Shown here piece by piece: positions 29,934 to 40,541 of a DNA stretch of 64,000 nucleotides (position 1 is the first letter of the stretch; each line of letters starts with the position of its first letter). Origin of the DNA: a virus. The DNA lies in IMG/VR virus record IMGVR_UViG_3300042731_007944, positions 1 to 64,000 of that record, one strand, 5' to 3'. A program made the position numbers and the translations under genes. The notes under the pieces are model-generated. The model did no database searches. It was not told the origin of the DNA and saw only the letters and a program-made list of their open reading frames with translations.

Positions 29934-30504
29934 TGAAGCACATCTTTAAACCGAAAACGATTGCTGGCCCTATAACGTTTTCAGCAGATGAGCGCGAACA
30001 GATGCAGGCGCGTATCGCACGGGAACAGAAACGGATGCGCCGCACGATGAAACGGTTGCAGGATGACCACGATCCGGATCTCGCGCATCACATGCAAGAG
30101 CCCACCATCACGCAATGTGACCGCTGCGTGAACCAATTCTCACGGCTCTATGGCCTATGTCCGATCTATGCCGAATTGCGAGACGCCCTGGAAGACATCA
30201 GCCGGCAGTTCACCGTGGCCCGAGAGCTGTCATGTGAGTTTGAAGACAACCCCTGGCTGAACGCCTGCAAATTTTCCTGCGACTTTTTTGAGGACCAGCC
30301 GTGATCTGCCCGCACTGCAAAGGGACACTCACGCCCGCCCATCTCGCCTCAGTGACCGCGCCAGTCCTGAATACGGACTATCACTGTCTGCGTTGTAATC
30401 TGCGCCTGTCTGTTGTGCCGATCGTCAGAACGGGTTTCGCCCGTTCGCCCGTCTCGTCCCGTTTGACAGCGAAGAACGGCGACAACAGCAGCCAGTACGC
30501 ATGA
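29934..30504 (+). CDS. Two small Cys-rich proteins (29934-30304, 30301-30504)
   Basis: CxxC motifs; overlapping stop and start codons. Confidence 0.5.
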
Positions 30505-30650
30505 AATGGTGTCTGGGGACAAATAAGAGTCCGGCCTTTCGCAAAATATAGCCCGCAGGCTGCGAAAATGACGCCGTGCGCTGTCAAAATGTGAAATGGG
30601 TACTCAGACGTCTTGCGTGGGAATGATGAAGGTGTGAGGTGGGAAAATAA

Positions 30651-30676
30651 GCTGGATCGGAAGCTTCCGATCCAGC
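30651..30676. terminator. Perfect hairpin between convergent genes
   Basis: GCTGGATCGGAAGCTTCCGATCCAGC. Confidence 0.6.
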
Positions 30677-30682
30677 TTGTGG

Positions 30683-30934
30683 TTATGTTGCCCGGTTATG
30701 GGCGTCTCGAACCTGTTGGATATATGTTTTGTGAGATTCTTTCAGAAACCGTCGGGCATACAGGTTGACGGAATCCTCTTGGCATTGTTCGATAGCCGCG
30801 AGGCTGAGCGCCTCGAAAAGTTCCTCACCGCAGCGGAAATAGACCTCATATTGCTTGCTGCCTTTTTTATTGGGGACGCCTTTTTTGCGCCCCCCGGCAA
30901 ATGTGCCCTGTCCTGGTTTGCGTCCTCGCGCCAC
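30683..30934 (-). CDS. Small DNA-binding protein (AT-hook-like N-terminus, RHH-like)
   Basis: GGRKKG basic arm followed by a strand-helix-helix pattern. Confidence 0.5.
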   Translation of the reverse strand: MARGRKPGQGTFAGGRKKGVPNKKGSKQYEVYFRCGEELFEALSLAAIEQCQEDSVNLYARRFLKESHKTYIQQVRDAHNRAT

Positions 30935-31227
30935 TATACCACCTTATGCAAAATGATATCTTGATCACCGTCTGTAAGCATTGGAAGGTTTTCTGCTGAT
31001 GCTAATACGAAATGAGCATCGTTTGCCCCGTAGAATTCAAGAGATCCACCCTGACTTTCTGCCACAAAAAACCCTTCGGGAAGTTCATATTGATGACCTC
31101 CGTCGTCATAGCCTTCATATTCTGTTGTGTTCTCTCCCCAGGGTGACAGGCTGTAGCGTGTTCCGAGTTCCATTGAGGCAACATACGCTTTTGTGACCGT
31201 AATTTTGTAAATTGTAACCTTTTTCAT
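30934..31227 (-). CDS. Hypothetical early protein
   Basis: Preceded by a consensus TTGACA promoter near 31307. Confidence 0.65.
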   Translation of the reverse strand: MKKVTIYKITVTKAYVASMELGTRYSLSPWGENTTEYEGYDDGGHQYELPEGFFVAESQGGSLEFYGANDAHFVLASAENLPMLTDGDQDIILHKVV

Positions 31228-31403
31228 ACCGTTTCTCTTGTGTTGGTTGTTGATCTTATTTTTTCCCTTTCCCTACTAATATAGGGCGTATTTAATATTT
31301 TGTCAAGCAAAAAATTAAATAATTAACCCAAGATCCTGGGTTTGCCTGAATAGTGGGCGAAGATTTTTTTGAGAGAACCAGGCCGGACGCCTCCAGCCAG
31401 ATG

Positions 31404-32042
31404 CTACAGCGTGTACGGATCGCCCACTTCGCAGCAATGGACGCGATCTATGATATTCCAATACGGCGGGGCCGTGCGCACCAGGCGCAGGCCGTTCGGA
31501 TCGGGCAGCCAGCGCATGGCCTTGCCGTCTTTGACGAGACTGTAGTCGTCAGGCGTTTCTTCAAAGTCAATACTCACTACTCGTCCTTTGCCTTTTCCGC
31601 GATATTTGCCGATGGCCCGAAGGTGCTTTGTCAGGAGGCGTTTGACTTCTTTGCGATTCCCGGAGGCGTAGGCCATCATGCGAGGGACACACAACAACGG
31701 CATCGGATGATTGTATTCCCGATATGGCCCGTTGGTGAGATTGAACGATCCTGATGTCAGGGCGAGATGGTCTTGATCGAATTTTTTCCGCCAAAATTGC
31801 AGCGTTTCAAACCCGTCCCCATCTGGAAATAAGGCTGAGGCGTGATAGATGTCGCGCCTGGCAATCGTGGATTGCGTCAGGGGCATCTTGATCACATCGG
31901 GCGTCTCATCACGTTGTAAGTCTTTGGCAAGCCCTTGCAAAGGGGTCAGAATCGCCCCCAAAATATCGTCAAAATGTGGTGGCTCATAGGGATCGTAATA
32001 GATCCCGCAGCCATCTAACCGAAAGATAATTTTGAAATTCAT
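31404..32042 (-). CDS. csf3: Type IV CRISPR-associated Cas5-like protein
   Basis: HFDDIL, YHASAL, GPYREY, IGKYRGKGKGRV glycine loop, PPYW. Confidence 0.85.
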   Translation of the reverse strand: MNFKIIFRLDGCGIYYDPYEPPHFDDILGAILTPLQGLAKDLQRDETPDVIKMPLTQSTIARRDIYHASALFPDGDGFETLQFWRKKFDQDHLALTSGSFNLTNGPYREYNHPMPLLCVPRMMAYASGNRKEVKRLLTKHLRAIGKYRGKGKGRVVSIDFEETPDDYSLVKDGKAMRWLPDPNGLRLVRTAPPYWNIIDRVHCCEVGDPYTL

Positions 32043-32806
32043 ACAATCACCCCGCGATCTCGTAATCGTTGAAATTGTTTCGGATAGTAAAAACGAATAT
32101 GCTCTAAATCACCATACCTTATGCCAGTTGGGGTCGGTAATGCCCAACATAAGCGGATATCCTCAGGCGTATGAAAACGGTTATAAAAATAACAGGGGTT
32201 AATTTCAATCTCATGCTCTATCAGATATGCAAAGACATCTTCAGCAGTCCATCTGCCTAATGGGCAGCATCGCCACTCACCATTTTTTAATTGGTATAGC
32301 TCGCCACGTTTCGCAAGGTTCAAATACCGAGAACGACTTTCCTGAGATCGTAATCCCAAAAAAACAACAGAGCAGTCCAATTCCTGCTGCTTTTCATGTA
32401 AAACTGCAAGAAATGAATCTTGCGTAAAAACATGAGTTTGGGTACAAATATTTTCAAATCCAAGCTGACATGAATACGAGCGTTCCCATACACTAAAGCC
32501 AGGCTCAACTCTATGAAAATTCCATCCTTGCGCATGCGCTACCCGTTCAGCATACACTCGTTTCTCTGGCCAATCACAATCATCAAATTGAATCATGATC
32601 GGCGTCTCAGGATAGAGTTCCTTGATCAAATGCGTCATGGCAGTGCTATCCTTCCCGGCACTCCAAGAAATGATGCTCTTGCCTTTCTTTTGAGCCGCAT
32701 GGATAATCTTTTTTGCATAATCAAGATGTCTGAGATATTCTTGCGTTTTTGCGCGGAGTCGCCAGCGCAGGAAATTCCCTTGTTGTTTTATAAGGTGTCT
32801 GTCCAT
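32039..32806 (-). CDS. cysH: PAPS reductase-family protein of type IV-B loci
   Basis: SWSAGKDS, GLRSQES..R, PLGRW..DVFAY motifs. Confidence 0.88.
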   Translation of the reverse strand: MDRHLIKQQGNFLRWRLRAKTQEYLRHLDYAKKIIHAAQKKGKSIISWSAGKDSTAMTHLIKELYPETPIMIQFDDCDWPEKRVYAERVAHAQGWNFHRVEPGFSVWERSYSCQLGFENICTQTHVFTQDSFLAVLHEKQQELDCSVVFLGLRSQESRSRYLNLAKRGELYQLKNGEWRCCPLGRWTAEDVFAYLIEHEIEINPCYFYNRFHTPEDIRLCWALPTPTGIRYGDLEHIRFYYPKQFQRLRDRGVIV

Positions 32807-33918
32807 TTTTTAATGACATCATCCGTGCGTTTTAGCTTATTTTTATATAAGATCTGCTCGCGTGTATAGTTAAACTCAAAATCTCGGTTCCATGTGATAT
32901 TCCCTTCCCAATCACACAGCAGAATCCGTTTTACCATATATTTACACGCTCCCACATCGTCTGTATCACCGAATCGGCTCCATTGATACCTAAATAATTT
33001 CGAGAGATCAGGATGGATATTCTCAAGCAAAAAATCCTTATATTCTTTCCACGTTGAAAAGCGTTCAGGGAGGGCTTTAATTGAATACATCAAATTTTCA
33101 TTTGCATAAATTGCCGCAGAGTGGACTCCTTGTAAGCGTCGTTCTAATTTATCATAGGTTTCAGGTTCAAGTTCTTGTAGTGTGGCAAGGCACCTGAAGG
33201 CTTTTTCATGCACAAGATTTGATACGCGCATGGTTCTCAAATCAAGACCAAGCATATACATTTTATCATAAATCTTATTGTATTTTAGATTATTTTCTAC
33301 CAGATATTTCCAAACGTCTTTATATGTCCAATCAATGATAGGATATGCTTTATGAGGTTTATTTTTTCGACGTAACCAGAATAATTCTGAGTCTTCGCCA
33401 AACATAACAAAACGGCGATCTGGACTTTCATCAGCACGTAATCCGATAATAGAAACACTCTTTCCGGGTCGTTTTTTTAGCTGTTGCCCAACCCATAAAT
33501 TGAATTTATGAAACCTTCTGGGGTATTTTTTTTCAATATCATGAATTGCGATTGGATGCTTTTCTCTCACCCATTGTTCCCCTTGCCCCCATGCCCATAA
33601 AAATAATTGTTGATGGCTTGCAGCGTTCGTCATAAATATTGGGACTTGATACCACAAAGGGATAACGTTTGGTTGTGTCATAGCCCATTCGACCATATCA
33701 ATTGTTCCCTGATATTCGGCTTCCTGGTCTTGGAAATAAAGAATAAACTGACGAGATCTTTTGATAGCCTCTGCATTAACGAGATGGAATAGGGCAGTAC
33801 TATCTTTTCCCCCAGAAAACGATAACTGAATGTTATCATAATGGTCAAAAAGATATGTAATGCGCTTTTTGACAGCAGACAAGACATCAATTTCTCCATA
33901 TATTGCAGTCCTGCCCAT
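32788..33918 (-). CDS. IbrA-like PAPS reductase/DUF3440 protein
   Basis: SFSGGKDS, DQEAEY, GLRADES, YPIIDW..DVW, MRVS, LEPET motifs. Confidence 0.85.
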   Translation of the reverse strand: MGRTAIYGEIDVLSAVKKRITYLFDHYDNIQLSFSGGKDSTALFHLVNAEAIKRSRQFILYFQDQEAEYQGTIDMVEWAMTQPNVIPLWYQVPIFMTNAASHQQLFLWAWGQGEQWVREKHPIAIHDIEKKYPRRFHKFNLWVGQQLKKRPGKSVSIIGLRADESPDRRFVMFGEDSELFWLRRKNKPHKAYPIIDWTYKDVWKYLVENNLKYNKIYDKMYMLGLDLRTMRVSNLVHEKAFRCLATLQELEPETYDKLERRLQGVHSAAIYANENLMYSIKALPERFSTWKEYKDFLLENIHPDLSKLFRYQWSRFGDTDDVGACKYMVKRILLCDWEGNITWNRDFEFNYTREQILYKNKLKRTDDVIKKWTDTL

Positions 33919-33919
33919 A

Positions 33920-34459
33920 TTACACCTCCTCTTGAATATCTTCTCCGGCTTCGACAATTTGCCTTTCAATTGAATATGGAACGCCTAAGATTTCAGAAGC
34001 AATGCCTTTTAATCCGATCAATCGTTGAATTTCATCAAGCGTCATCCCTAATTCAGTCATAATTTTTTCTTCCGACCAGCCTTCTTTGAGTATTGTAACT
34101 AAAGAGGCTTGCAATTCAACCTCATGTTTGCCACGTGCCCGATTATGACGAATTGTTGACGCCATGCGTTCGCTAATATCCTTATTGATAACAGAGACTG
34201 GAATCATTCCTTGTTCCCTCTCAAAAATATCAACGTACATCAACATAATACTATACCGATGATAGCCATCAACAATAGTGTATTTGTCTCGTGTTTGATC
34301 ATAATAACAGACAATCGGCATGGTAAACCCATCTTGTTTGATGCTTTGGTACAAGAGATCCATTTCTCGCTTTGCTACGTGATTTGGGTTATAATCATTC
34401 GCTTCAATTTTTTCAATAGGAATAGCTTTAATATTATACACTGGACTTTGGAAATTCAT
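33920..34459 (-). CDS. IbrB-like ParB/Srx-family protein
   Basis: ANDYNPN, SIKQDGFTMPIV, VDGYHR, STIRHNRARGKH. Confidence 0.9.
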   Translation of the reverse strand: MNFQSPVYNIKAIPIEKIEANDYNPNHVAKREMDLLYQSIKQDGFTMPIVCYYDQTRDKYTIVDGYHRYSIMLMYVDIFEREQGMIPVSVINKDISERMASTIRHNRARGKHEVELQASLVTILKEGWSEEKIMTELGMTLDEIQRLIGLKGIASEILGVPYSIERQIVEAGEDIQEEV

Positions 34460-35321
34460 GTTTTAATTCCTCCTGTGACGGCAGCAAATAACACAGAAAC
34501 GCATACAGCGCTGACAGGTATTTGTCCTTGGCCCACAACTCAAACGCCATCCACGTAGACAGACCGACTGTTCGCATGAGATACGGCGGACAGTCAAGCG
34601 ATTCCAACACCGTCCGCCCGATCCCATTTCGCAGCGCCCCATTCAACACCTTCCACCAGTCACGCACCTGCACCATATCCGAACAATCGACCTGCCGTTC
34701 CTCGAACAGCCAGAACCGGTGCGAACCCGTATTGACTTTGGCTAACAAACTTCCGTGCTTTTTGTAACTGGTGGTGGCATAGGCGGCCCAGTTTGAAGGG
34801 AGTTCTTCCCGAAACATCATCTCTCGCACGCCGATCCGATCTAATTCCTGAAACGTCTGTCCATCACAGAACCAGGACGACATCCGTTCCGGTTTCTTCG
34901 TGATCTTTTTCTGGGTGACATTCAAGATCGTCTCAAGTTCCTCGGTCCAGGTTCCAAGCCCGTCCCGAAACGAGGCTTCCGTGCAAAACCCTTGCGCTTC
35001 CACCGCTTTCCACAGGTTCAGCGGTGTGTGTCGAACGCCTTGTGTTAAGAGTTTCTTTTCGAGTGGTTCCGTCAAGGGTTTCGGCGCGGTCAAATAGCCA
35101 TAGTTCCAGGCGTAAAACACATCAACACTGACATATTCGCTGCCAGGGACCGCTAAGAGATCGCCATTCGTAAAGGACTTCCCTAATACGTCTTTGCGTG
35201 GCAAACAGGCCGTCTGTTGTCCCGTTACCGCACAGACGGCATTAATGGAGTTTGATGGGAGTTCCGGCAATGGAACCCCCTCATGTTGGAGCGCCTGACT
35301 AATTAGCGAACAAGGATGCAT
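34434..35321 (-). CDS. csf1: Type IV Cas8-like large subunit
   Basis: CAVTG..SFT..D N-terminus and TTSYKKHG motif; lies between csf2 and csf3. Confidence 0.7.
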   Translation of the reverse strand: MHPCSLISQALQHEGVPLPELPSNSINAVCAVTGQQTACLPRKDVLGKSFTNGDLLAVPGSEYVSVDVFYAWNYGYLTAPKPLTEPLEKKLLTQGVRHTPLNLWKAVEAQGFCTEASFRDGLGTWTEELETILNVTQKKITKKPERMSSWFCDGQTFQELDRIGVREMMFREELPSNWAAYATTSYKKHGSLLAKVNTGSHRFWLFEERQVDCSDMVQVRDWWKVLNGALRNGIGRTVLESLDCPPYLMRTVGLSTWMAFELWAKDKYLSALYAFLCYLLPSQEELKHEFPKSSV

Positions 35322-36546
35322 TTTTGAGACCTCCAATAGATTCGAGATAGTCTAAAATCTCAGATGTCTTCTCAGCGACATACGCATCATACAAGCCAGG
35401 ATCGGGATAGCCTTCCGGGAACTCGATCTTGACGTTGCCTTCCCCCTTCCGGTTTTCCGCCCCAAGTTTTCCGGATTGCTGGAAGAGAGACAGCATCTTG
35501 CCGATACAGGATCGTTCCAATTCTGTCGCATGGTCGAGGATATCAATGCCGCCATCTAAGACCGTCCCTTGCATCAGACATTCCGTATTCGCGATCATCT
35601 GGGCGCTTTTCTGCCCATCAACCCGGCCTTCATAATCGTCTTTTCGCGTCAAGAATTCCCAGGTAAACAGACTGGCTGCATTCAGATCGCCGGTATTCCA
35701 CTCTTGACAGCGAGGCTTAAAATCTAAATTATCAAACCGGCGCGGAACCGTTCGATTGCCTAATGCTGTGCCGAAAATCGACAACGGCAGGACCATGTCT
35801 CGAAATTTGTGAAGGCCCGTGGTGCGCACGGCCCCTGACCCGCTGCCAAGTTCTTTTGACAGGGCTTTGGCTTCCTGACTGTTTTCTTCCAGCTTGCCCC
35901 CGCTAAAGAGGGCGTAATAGAACCACTCGGAATACGGAGGGTTACTATGACTGGGTTGCAAGCCTAATGCCTGCGTCCAATTCCACGCTAAGAGGCGGCG
36001 ACAGTTTCCACGAATGGCATTGGCCGCATAGACGGGAAGGACTAAGATTTGTCCGGTCGTGCTTCGGCATTCCTGCCTCCGGTATAAGGTCGAATTTCCG
36101 GCCTTTTTGTCGGCCCCGTGCGCCAGCGGCGAAAGACAGGTGATCACCATCGGCAGATTTGGCGTACAGCCCGGCATGGCGGTTCCCATCTCACCCACGT
36201 CCGGGATCGTCATATCTTTTAATGCGTTATCAAAGTCTTCTTCAGTTTTCAGGGAACAACAGATCATACTCGCAACCCGTGGGTATGATCGCAGCCAGGA
36301 TAACACGCCCTGACTCTCCGAGGCGTTCACTACTGTCAGAAAATCAGCAACGGTCTTGCCTCCGATATATTCCAGTTCAACATTGACGCTTCCGGCCAGC
36401 CGTTCAATAAACCCTAACAATGACTGTTGTGTTCCGGCCTTTACGATCTGGTCGGTGTAGTAATCAGCAAACCCGCGATGGAGTTTGATGTTGGATGCGC
36501 GGGAAATCGCCCGCATCATTGACATCGTTGCGTGTAATGTACTCAT
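35299..36546 (-). CDS. csf2: Type IV Cas7-like backbone protein with a helical N-terminal extension (possible fused Cas11)
   Basis: LSPLAHG, LPVYAANAIRG, LFSGG.L, PLSIFG, TRKDD, QMI...E, LG...GEG.V motifs. Confidence 0.88.
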   Translation of the reverse strand: MSTLHATMSMMRAISRASNIKLHRGFADYYTDQIVKAGTQQSLLGFIERLAGSVNVELEYIGGKTVADFLTVVNASESQGVLSWLRSYPRVASMICCSLKTEEDFDNALKDMTIPDVGEMGTAMPGCTPNLPMVITCLSPLAHGADKKAGNSTLYRRQECRSTTGQILVLPVYAANAIRGNCRRLLAWNWTQALGLQPSHSNPPYSEWFYYALFSGGKLEENSQEAKALSKELGSGSGAVRTTGLHKFRDMVLPLSIFGTALGNRTVPRRFDNLDFKPRCQEWNTGDLNAASLFTWEFLTRKDDYEGRVDGQKSAQMIANTECLMQGTVLDGGIDILDHATELERSCIGKMLSLFQQSGKLGAENRKGEGNVKIEFPEGYPDPGLYDAYVAEKTSEILDYLESIGGLKNASLFAN

Positions 36547-36992
36547 AATAATTTTTCCTTTCGCAGCCGACATAATTTAATCCGACACGCCAGGCGGCTG
36601 CGACCTTCCGGGCGTATTCCGTTTTTCACGAGTTCACGTTCTTGCGGGGTCCAGGTGGTATGTTCCACCGGGTTCCCGTGATGCTTGCGCGTCTGCATCA
36701 CAAGCAGACAATCTTCCAGGTCTTTGAGCGAGTGCCGCCAGTACCACCATTTCTGCCACCCTCTGCGTCGCGCCCCGCGCCGACCTTTGAGCCACCCCTT
36801 TTTCCGCCAGACATGGACGGTAGATCGGTCAACGTGCATCAGATCCGCGATATCCTGCGTGGAGAGCTTTCGCCGGGTGTAGTCTCGCGGTAAGCGCTGT
36901 CGAAAATTCGCCGGATAAAACAGGTGATCCGGCGTGCCCACATTGCACGGAATGCCCATTGCGTGTGAGACGCCTTCCTGGTACGCCGTCAT
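36543..36992 (-). CDS. HTH DNA-binding protein heading the cas operon
   Basis: STQDIADLMHVDRSTVHVWRKKGWL. Confidence 0.7.
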   Translation of the reverse strand: MTAYQEGVSHAMGIPCNVGTPDHLFYPANFRQRLPRDYTRRKLSTQDIADLMHVDRSTVHVWRKKGWLKGRRGARRRGWQKWWYWRHSLKDLEDCLLVMQTRKHHGNPVEHTTWTPQERELVKNGIRPEGRSRLACRIKLCRLRKEKLL

Positions 36993-37180
36993 GTTTCCTG
37001 TTCAAACTCCCGCAACAGCGCTTTCCTGACGCGCTCCGGGCCATCCTCCTCTGTTAAAATGTGCTGTTTCAATTCAGGCGGTATGCGGACGGTGTAGTTC
37101 ACCATTGCTTCGTCATAGATCGGCGGACGTCCCGATCCGCCAGCGTGTCCTTTTGTGCCGCGACTGCCCTTTCCGCCCAT
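36989..37180 (-). CDS. Small RHH-like regulator, probably leaderless and autoregulated
   Basis: GSGRPP..YTVRIP. TTGACA-17 bp-TAGCCT ends 6 nt before the ATG; TTCTAATT/AATTAGAA inverted repeat flanks the -35. Confidence 0.6.
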   Translation of the reverse strand: MGGKGSRGTKGHAGGSGRPPIYDEAMVNYTVRIPPELKQHILTEEDGPERVRKALLREFEQET

Positions 37181-37262
37181 ATCCAGAGGCTAGATCGGGT
37201 TTCTAATTTTGTCAAGCAGAATTAGAAAAAAAGGCCCGAAGCGAGAACTTCGGGCACGCTGG

Positions 37263-39670
37263 CTAGAGATTGTAATGTAGCGTCACCGTGTTGCAGCCAT
37301 CAAAATCAAACTGCAATAATTTCTGCACATCGCCCTCACTCGTCAAGACCCATTCTCCAGGCGCAAGCTCAAACACTTGCGATTTATCGTGCTGCACATA
37401 GTGCTGGCACCAGGAGACTAATTCTTCCGTTGACGGGTCGCCAGAGGGATTAATAATCACAATATCTTCTTGTTGAATGATTAACGGTGACTCAACATTA
37501 GAACCGTGATATTTCAAGAAATACAACGTGCCTCGCCGTTGGATATAGCCCTCCAGCCGATCCGTCGTAATATTTTCTCCAGATGCCATTGACAGCACGG
37601 CCTGCACAAACTCATGTGCTGGTACAGTTTTCATGGCGTTTTCTCCTTTTTTTTCTTCGCGTCCCGCCGTGCCTTTGCCCGCAATTGCGCGGCTCGGCGC
37701 TGGCAGTACCGTGAGCAATATTTTTTCTGCTTCAGATCCCTGGCGTTCGTGATCTCGAAGAGTTTCCCGCATTCACTGAACGCACAGTGGCGCGTGACTA
37801 ACAATTCCGGTTTCTGGTTTAACACGGGAACCGCCGCCCGAAAGACGGTGTACCCCCGCGCTTGCAGGAATTGAATGGCGTCGGCTTCCGTCATCGTTGC
37901 GCCTCCTTCGAGCGCAACTCGTCCAGAAACGCCAGCGCCGCGTCGGGTGGAATTTCCCGAAATTTTCCGACCTTTTCCGACCGCAACAGGTCGCGCTGAA
38001 TCCGGCCTCGAATCAGCGACAACATCCGATCCGGATCGGTTTCGCCCGTGACGGAAATCGCCGCCTGCGCCAATTCCTCAATCGAATACGGCGCGGTGCG
38101 CTGCGAAACGACCACTTGCACCTCCTCCGGCAGATCGGCCAGATCCTCGACCCAAATAATCGGCTGCCCGACGCCGGGATACGCCTCATCCAGCCAGGTA
38201 GACGGCAGAAAATCAGGAACGTCAACGTCTTCCTTGAGAATCCGGACACCCCAATTCCCACCGTAGACGAGATACCCGTCCGCCGGATCGCCCGTGGTGC
38301 TCAGGGCCACGCCGACCCGTGCATGCACGACACGCACAGGGCAGACCGGCTGCCCGACGAGATCGGTCAGACCGATGACTGTGTATTGATCGCCGTCCTC
38401 GCCAAATGGCAACAGCAGGCTGTCACCTAACCAGGTCGGCGAGAGTTCGTTGACGGTCATGAGCGGCATCCCGCCGCAATTACTCGACTTTTTGACGTAC
38501 AATTGCATAAGATAAACCCTTCTTCAGGCCCAACCGGTTCTATTCGCATCTGCTGGCGAATGGTGTCCCATTCTTCATGCGAATAGAACCGGTTGGGCCT
38601 GACAGGGATAAGTATATTTGCAAGAATAAAGATCGATCTGGACATCCGGATCAATCTCTTATGTTCGCGCTTTTTCTACAATCTCATCACACATGCGATG
38701 AGATTGGCCTTCGTCATGGCTCTGCCGGTTCCATCTTTCTGCAACAGGGAGCCATCCCAAGGCTTCCTGCTCAGCTTCCGGACGTGATGCCCAGGCCAAA
38801 AAGATCTGACAGGCATCTATATTGTTGCCCGAAAGATATGCCCGTTGATACGAGTCGAAACATTTCCATATCTGGAGATAACAACGAGTATGGTTCACAA
38901 GAAAAGTTAACACCTTTCCGTGGACGATGTGGAATTCAATCTCTTTATTCTGCTCTTGAATTCGATATTCAAGAGCAGAAACAAGATTTTCTCGTTCATT
39001 AAGCATCTCTTGCATGGCAAACGATGCATTTGAACCGAGAAAATTTCCTTTTTTATCCCACCAACCATGTATCTCCCCTTCCTCCTCGTACCCTTTTCGA
39101 TAAGTGCAAGAAAGGGATTTTAATAACTCTGAAATATATCTCATCTTTATCCTCCTTGTAGTGCCCGCCTTGCCTCCGGGGGCGGGCTGACCCGGATTGT
39201 GTTCGATCCCTTACAGGGGTTTCAGGGGCCTCTTCGGAGGCCCCATCCCTTTCGACTGATTACTTGCCGCACATGACGGCATCGAACAGATCGAAATTTT
39301 CTTGCTGCTGTACATATTTCCAGATTGCCTGTTCCATTCCACCACAAAAATCAGAATATTCTTTTTCATGCTCATCTTTCCATGATCCCAATTTTTCGGC
39401 CAGATCTCGCAATTCCTGCGTGCCTCGACCCGGATTCCGAGGCTGAATACAGATTTGTACTACGCTATCAGATCCCCAGTATTCAGCATCCCAGGTATCA
39501 TCAATTTCCAACTCACTATTGTCAATGGCGGTTGACACCCATTCTGGAAGCCCTTCATACAGGGCATCAAACTCCGGGACAATCCCTAAATCCGTGCATA
39601 ATTCCGCTTCAAAAATCGCAGTGCTCAGGCTCTTGCTTTCGATAATGTCTTGAATTTCTTGCTTGTTCAT
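37263..39670 (-). CDS. Early/accessory operon of five hypothetical ORFs (37263-37634, 37631-37894 Zn-ribbon, 37891-38508, 38659-39144, 39260-39670)
   Basis: Co-oriented ORFs downstream of a consensus TTGACA...TATAT promoter near 39746. Confidence 0.6.
38524..38602. repeat. Perfect 26-bp inverted repeat
   Basis: TCAGGCCCAACCGGTTCTATTCGCAT ...27 nt... ATGCGAATAGAACCGGTTGGGCCTGA. Confidence 0.9.
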
Positions 39671-39899
39671 CTCGTTTCTCCTTGTTGAAAATTATTCTTT
39701 TTGTGAATACTATAAATCAATATATAGCATATTATCTTTTTGTCAAGTATTATTTCTATAAATTTGTAAAATATTTTAGACACAAAAAGATAACAACACC
39801 GAAAACACCACTCTAGTAGGCAAACCCAGGCAAGAAAAACAACAGGCAGGACACACAAAAAAGGCCGGGATCGATCTCGACCCCGACCCTCTCAACTCA

Positions 39900-40178
39900 T
39901 CACGACAGCCGCCAGATCGCAAACCGCCACATGACCCTCCACGCAAACACCCAATAGACGGCCAGCGCCAGCACACTCATCGCGACCGGACCATTACATT
40001 TCGCGCCCGGCGACAACAGCAGCCACAGATGCCAGCTTGTGATAAGACAGGCGGAACTCACCCCGATCCCTTTCCAGGATCGCACCATTCCGGCCAATAC
40101 GAGAATCAGCAGCAGATAGAGATTCAACAGACAGTGACCAAGCGACACGACGACCAATACATGATATAGTTTTGACAT
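39900..40178 (-). CDS. Small membrane protein
   Basis: Three TM segments; start re-assigned downstream of the sigma-54 promoter. Confidence 0.6.
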   Translation of the reverse strand: MSKLYHVLVVVSLGHCLLNLYLLLILVLAGMVRSWKGIGVSSACLITSWHLWLLLSPGAKCNGPVAMSVLALAVYWVFAWRVMWRFAIWRLS

Positions 40179-40252
40179 AGGCAATTCCCTTCCTTGAGTG
40201 TTCAAAAAATGAAACCAGGTGATCGCACCACACAAACCCGTTGCTACGTATA

Positions 40253-40267
40253 GCAAGCGACGTGCCA
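40253..40267 (-). promoter_or_regulatory. Sigma-54 (-24/-12) promoter
   Basis: TGGCAC-GTCGC-TTGC, an exact consensus match. Confidence 0.8.
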
Positions 40268-40297
40268 TTTACTCTAAGTCGTGTGTTTCTTTGCCGT

Positions 40298-40312
40298 TGG
40301 CGTAATTCTTGC
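40298..40312 (+). promoter_or_regulatory. Divergent sigma-54 (-24/-12) promoter
   Basis: TGGCGT-AATTC-TTGC. Confidence 0.65.
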
Positions 40313-40346
40313 AGTGTCCGCTCATGTAAAAAGGGGGAAGGAACTG

Positions 40347-40541
40347 ATGGCGATCTGTGTTGAGTGCCAGGAGGAACAGGCAACGGTGCTTATCGAGTTC
40401 GACGACGACGGGCCGCATCGTGTGGCACTGTGCCAGAAATGCCTTGAGTCTTACCGGATCATCTTAGGCGAGTTTAAAGAGATGGATCTCCCTACAAAAC
40501 CGGGAGATCCGAGCGTTGATTTGTTGCATTTCGATCCCTAA
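40347..40541 (+). CDS. Small Zn-finger protein
   Basis: CVEC...LCQKC; GGGGAAGG RBS. Confidence 0.65.
   Translation: MAICVECQEEQATVLIEFDDDGPHRVALCQKCLESYRIILGEFKEMDLPTKPGDPSVDLLHFDP

Noticed and set aside
38524-38602. Protelomerase (telRL) site
   Set aside because: It has a 27-nt non-palindromic centre and no protelomerase gene is visible.
30500-39900. CRISPR array near the type IV genes
   Set aside because: No run of equal-length direct repeats with unique spacers was found; only hairpins and inverted repeats.
40179-40268. N-terminal extension of ORF 39900-40268
   Set aside because: The ATG lies inside the sigma-54 -24 box; a start at 40178 is preferred.
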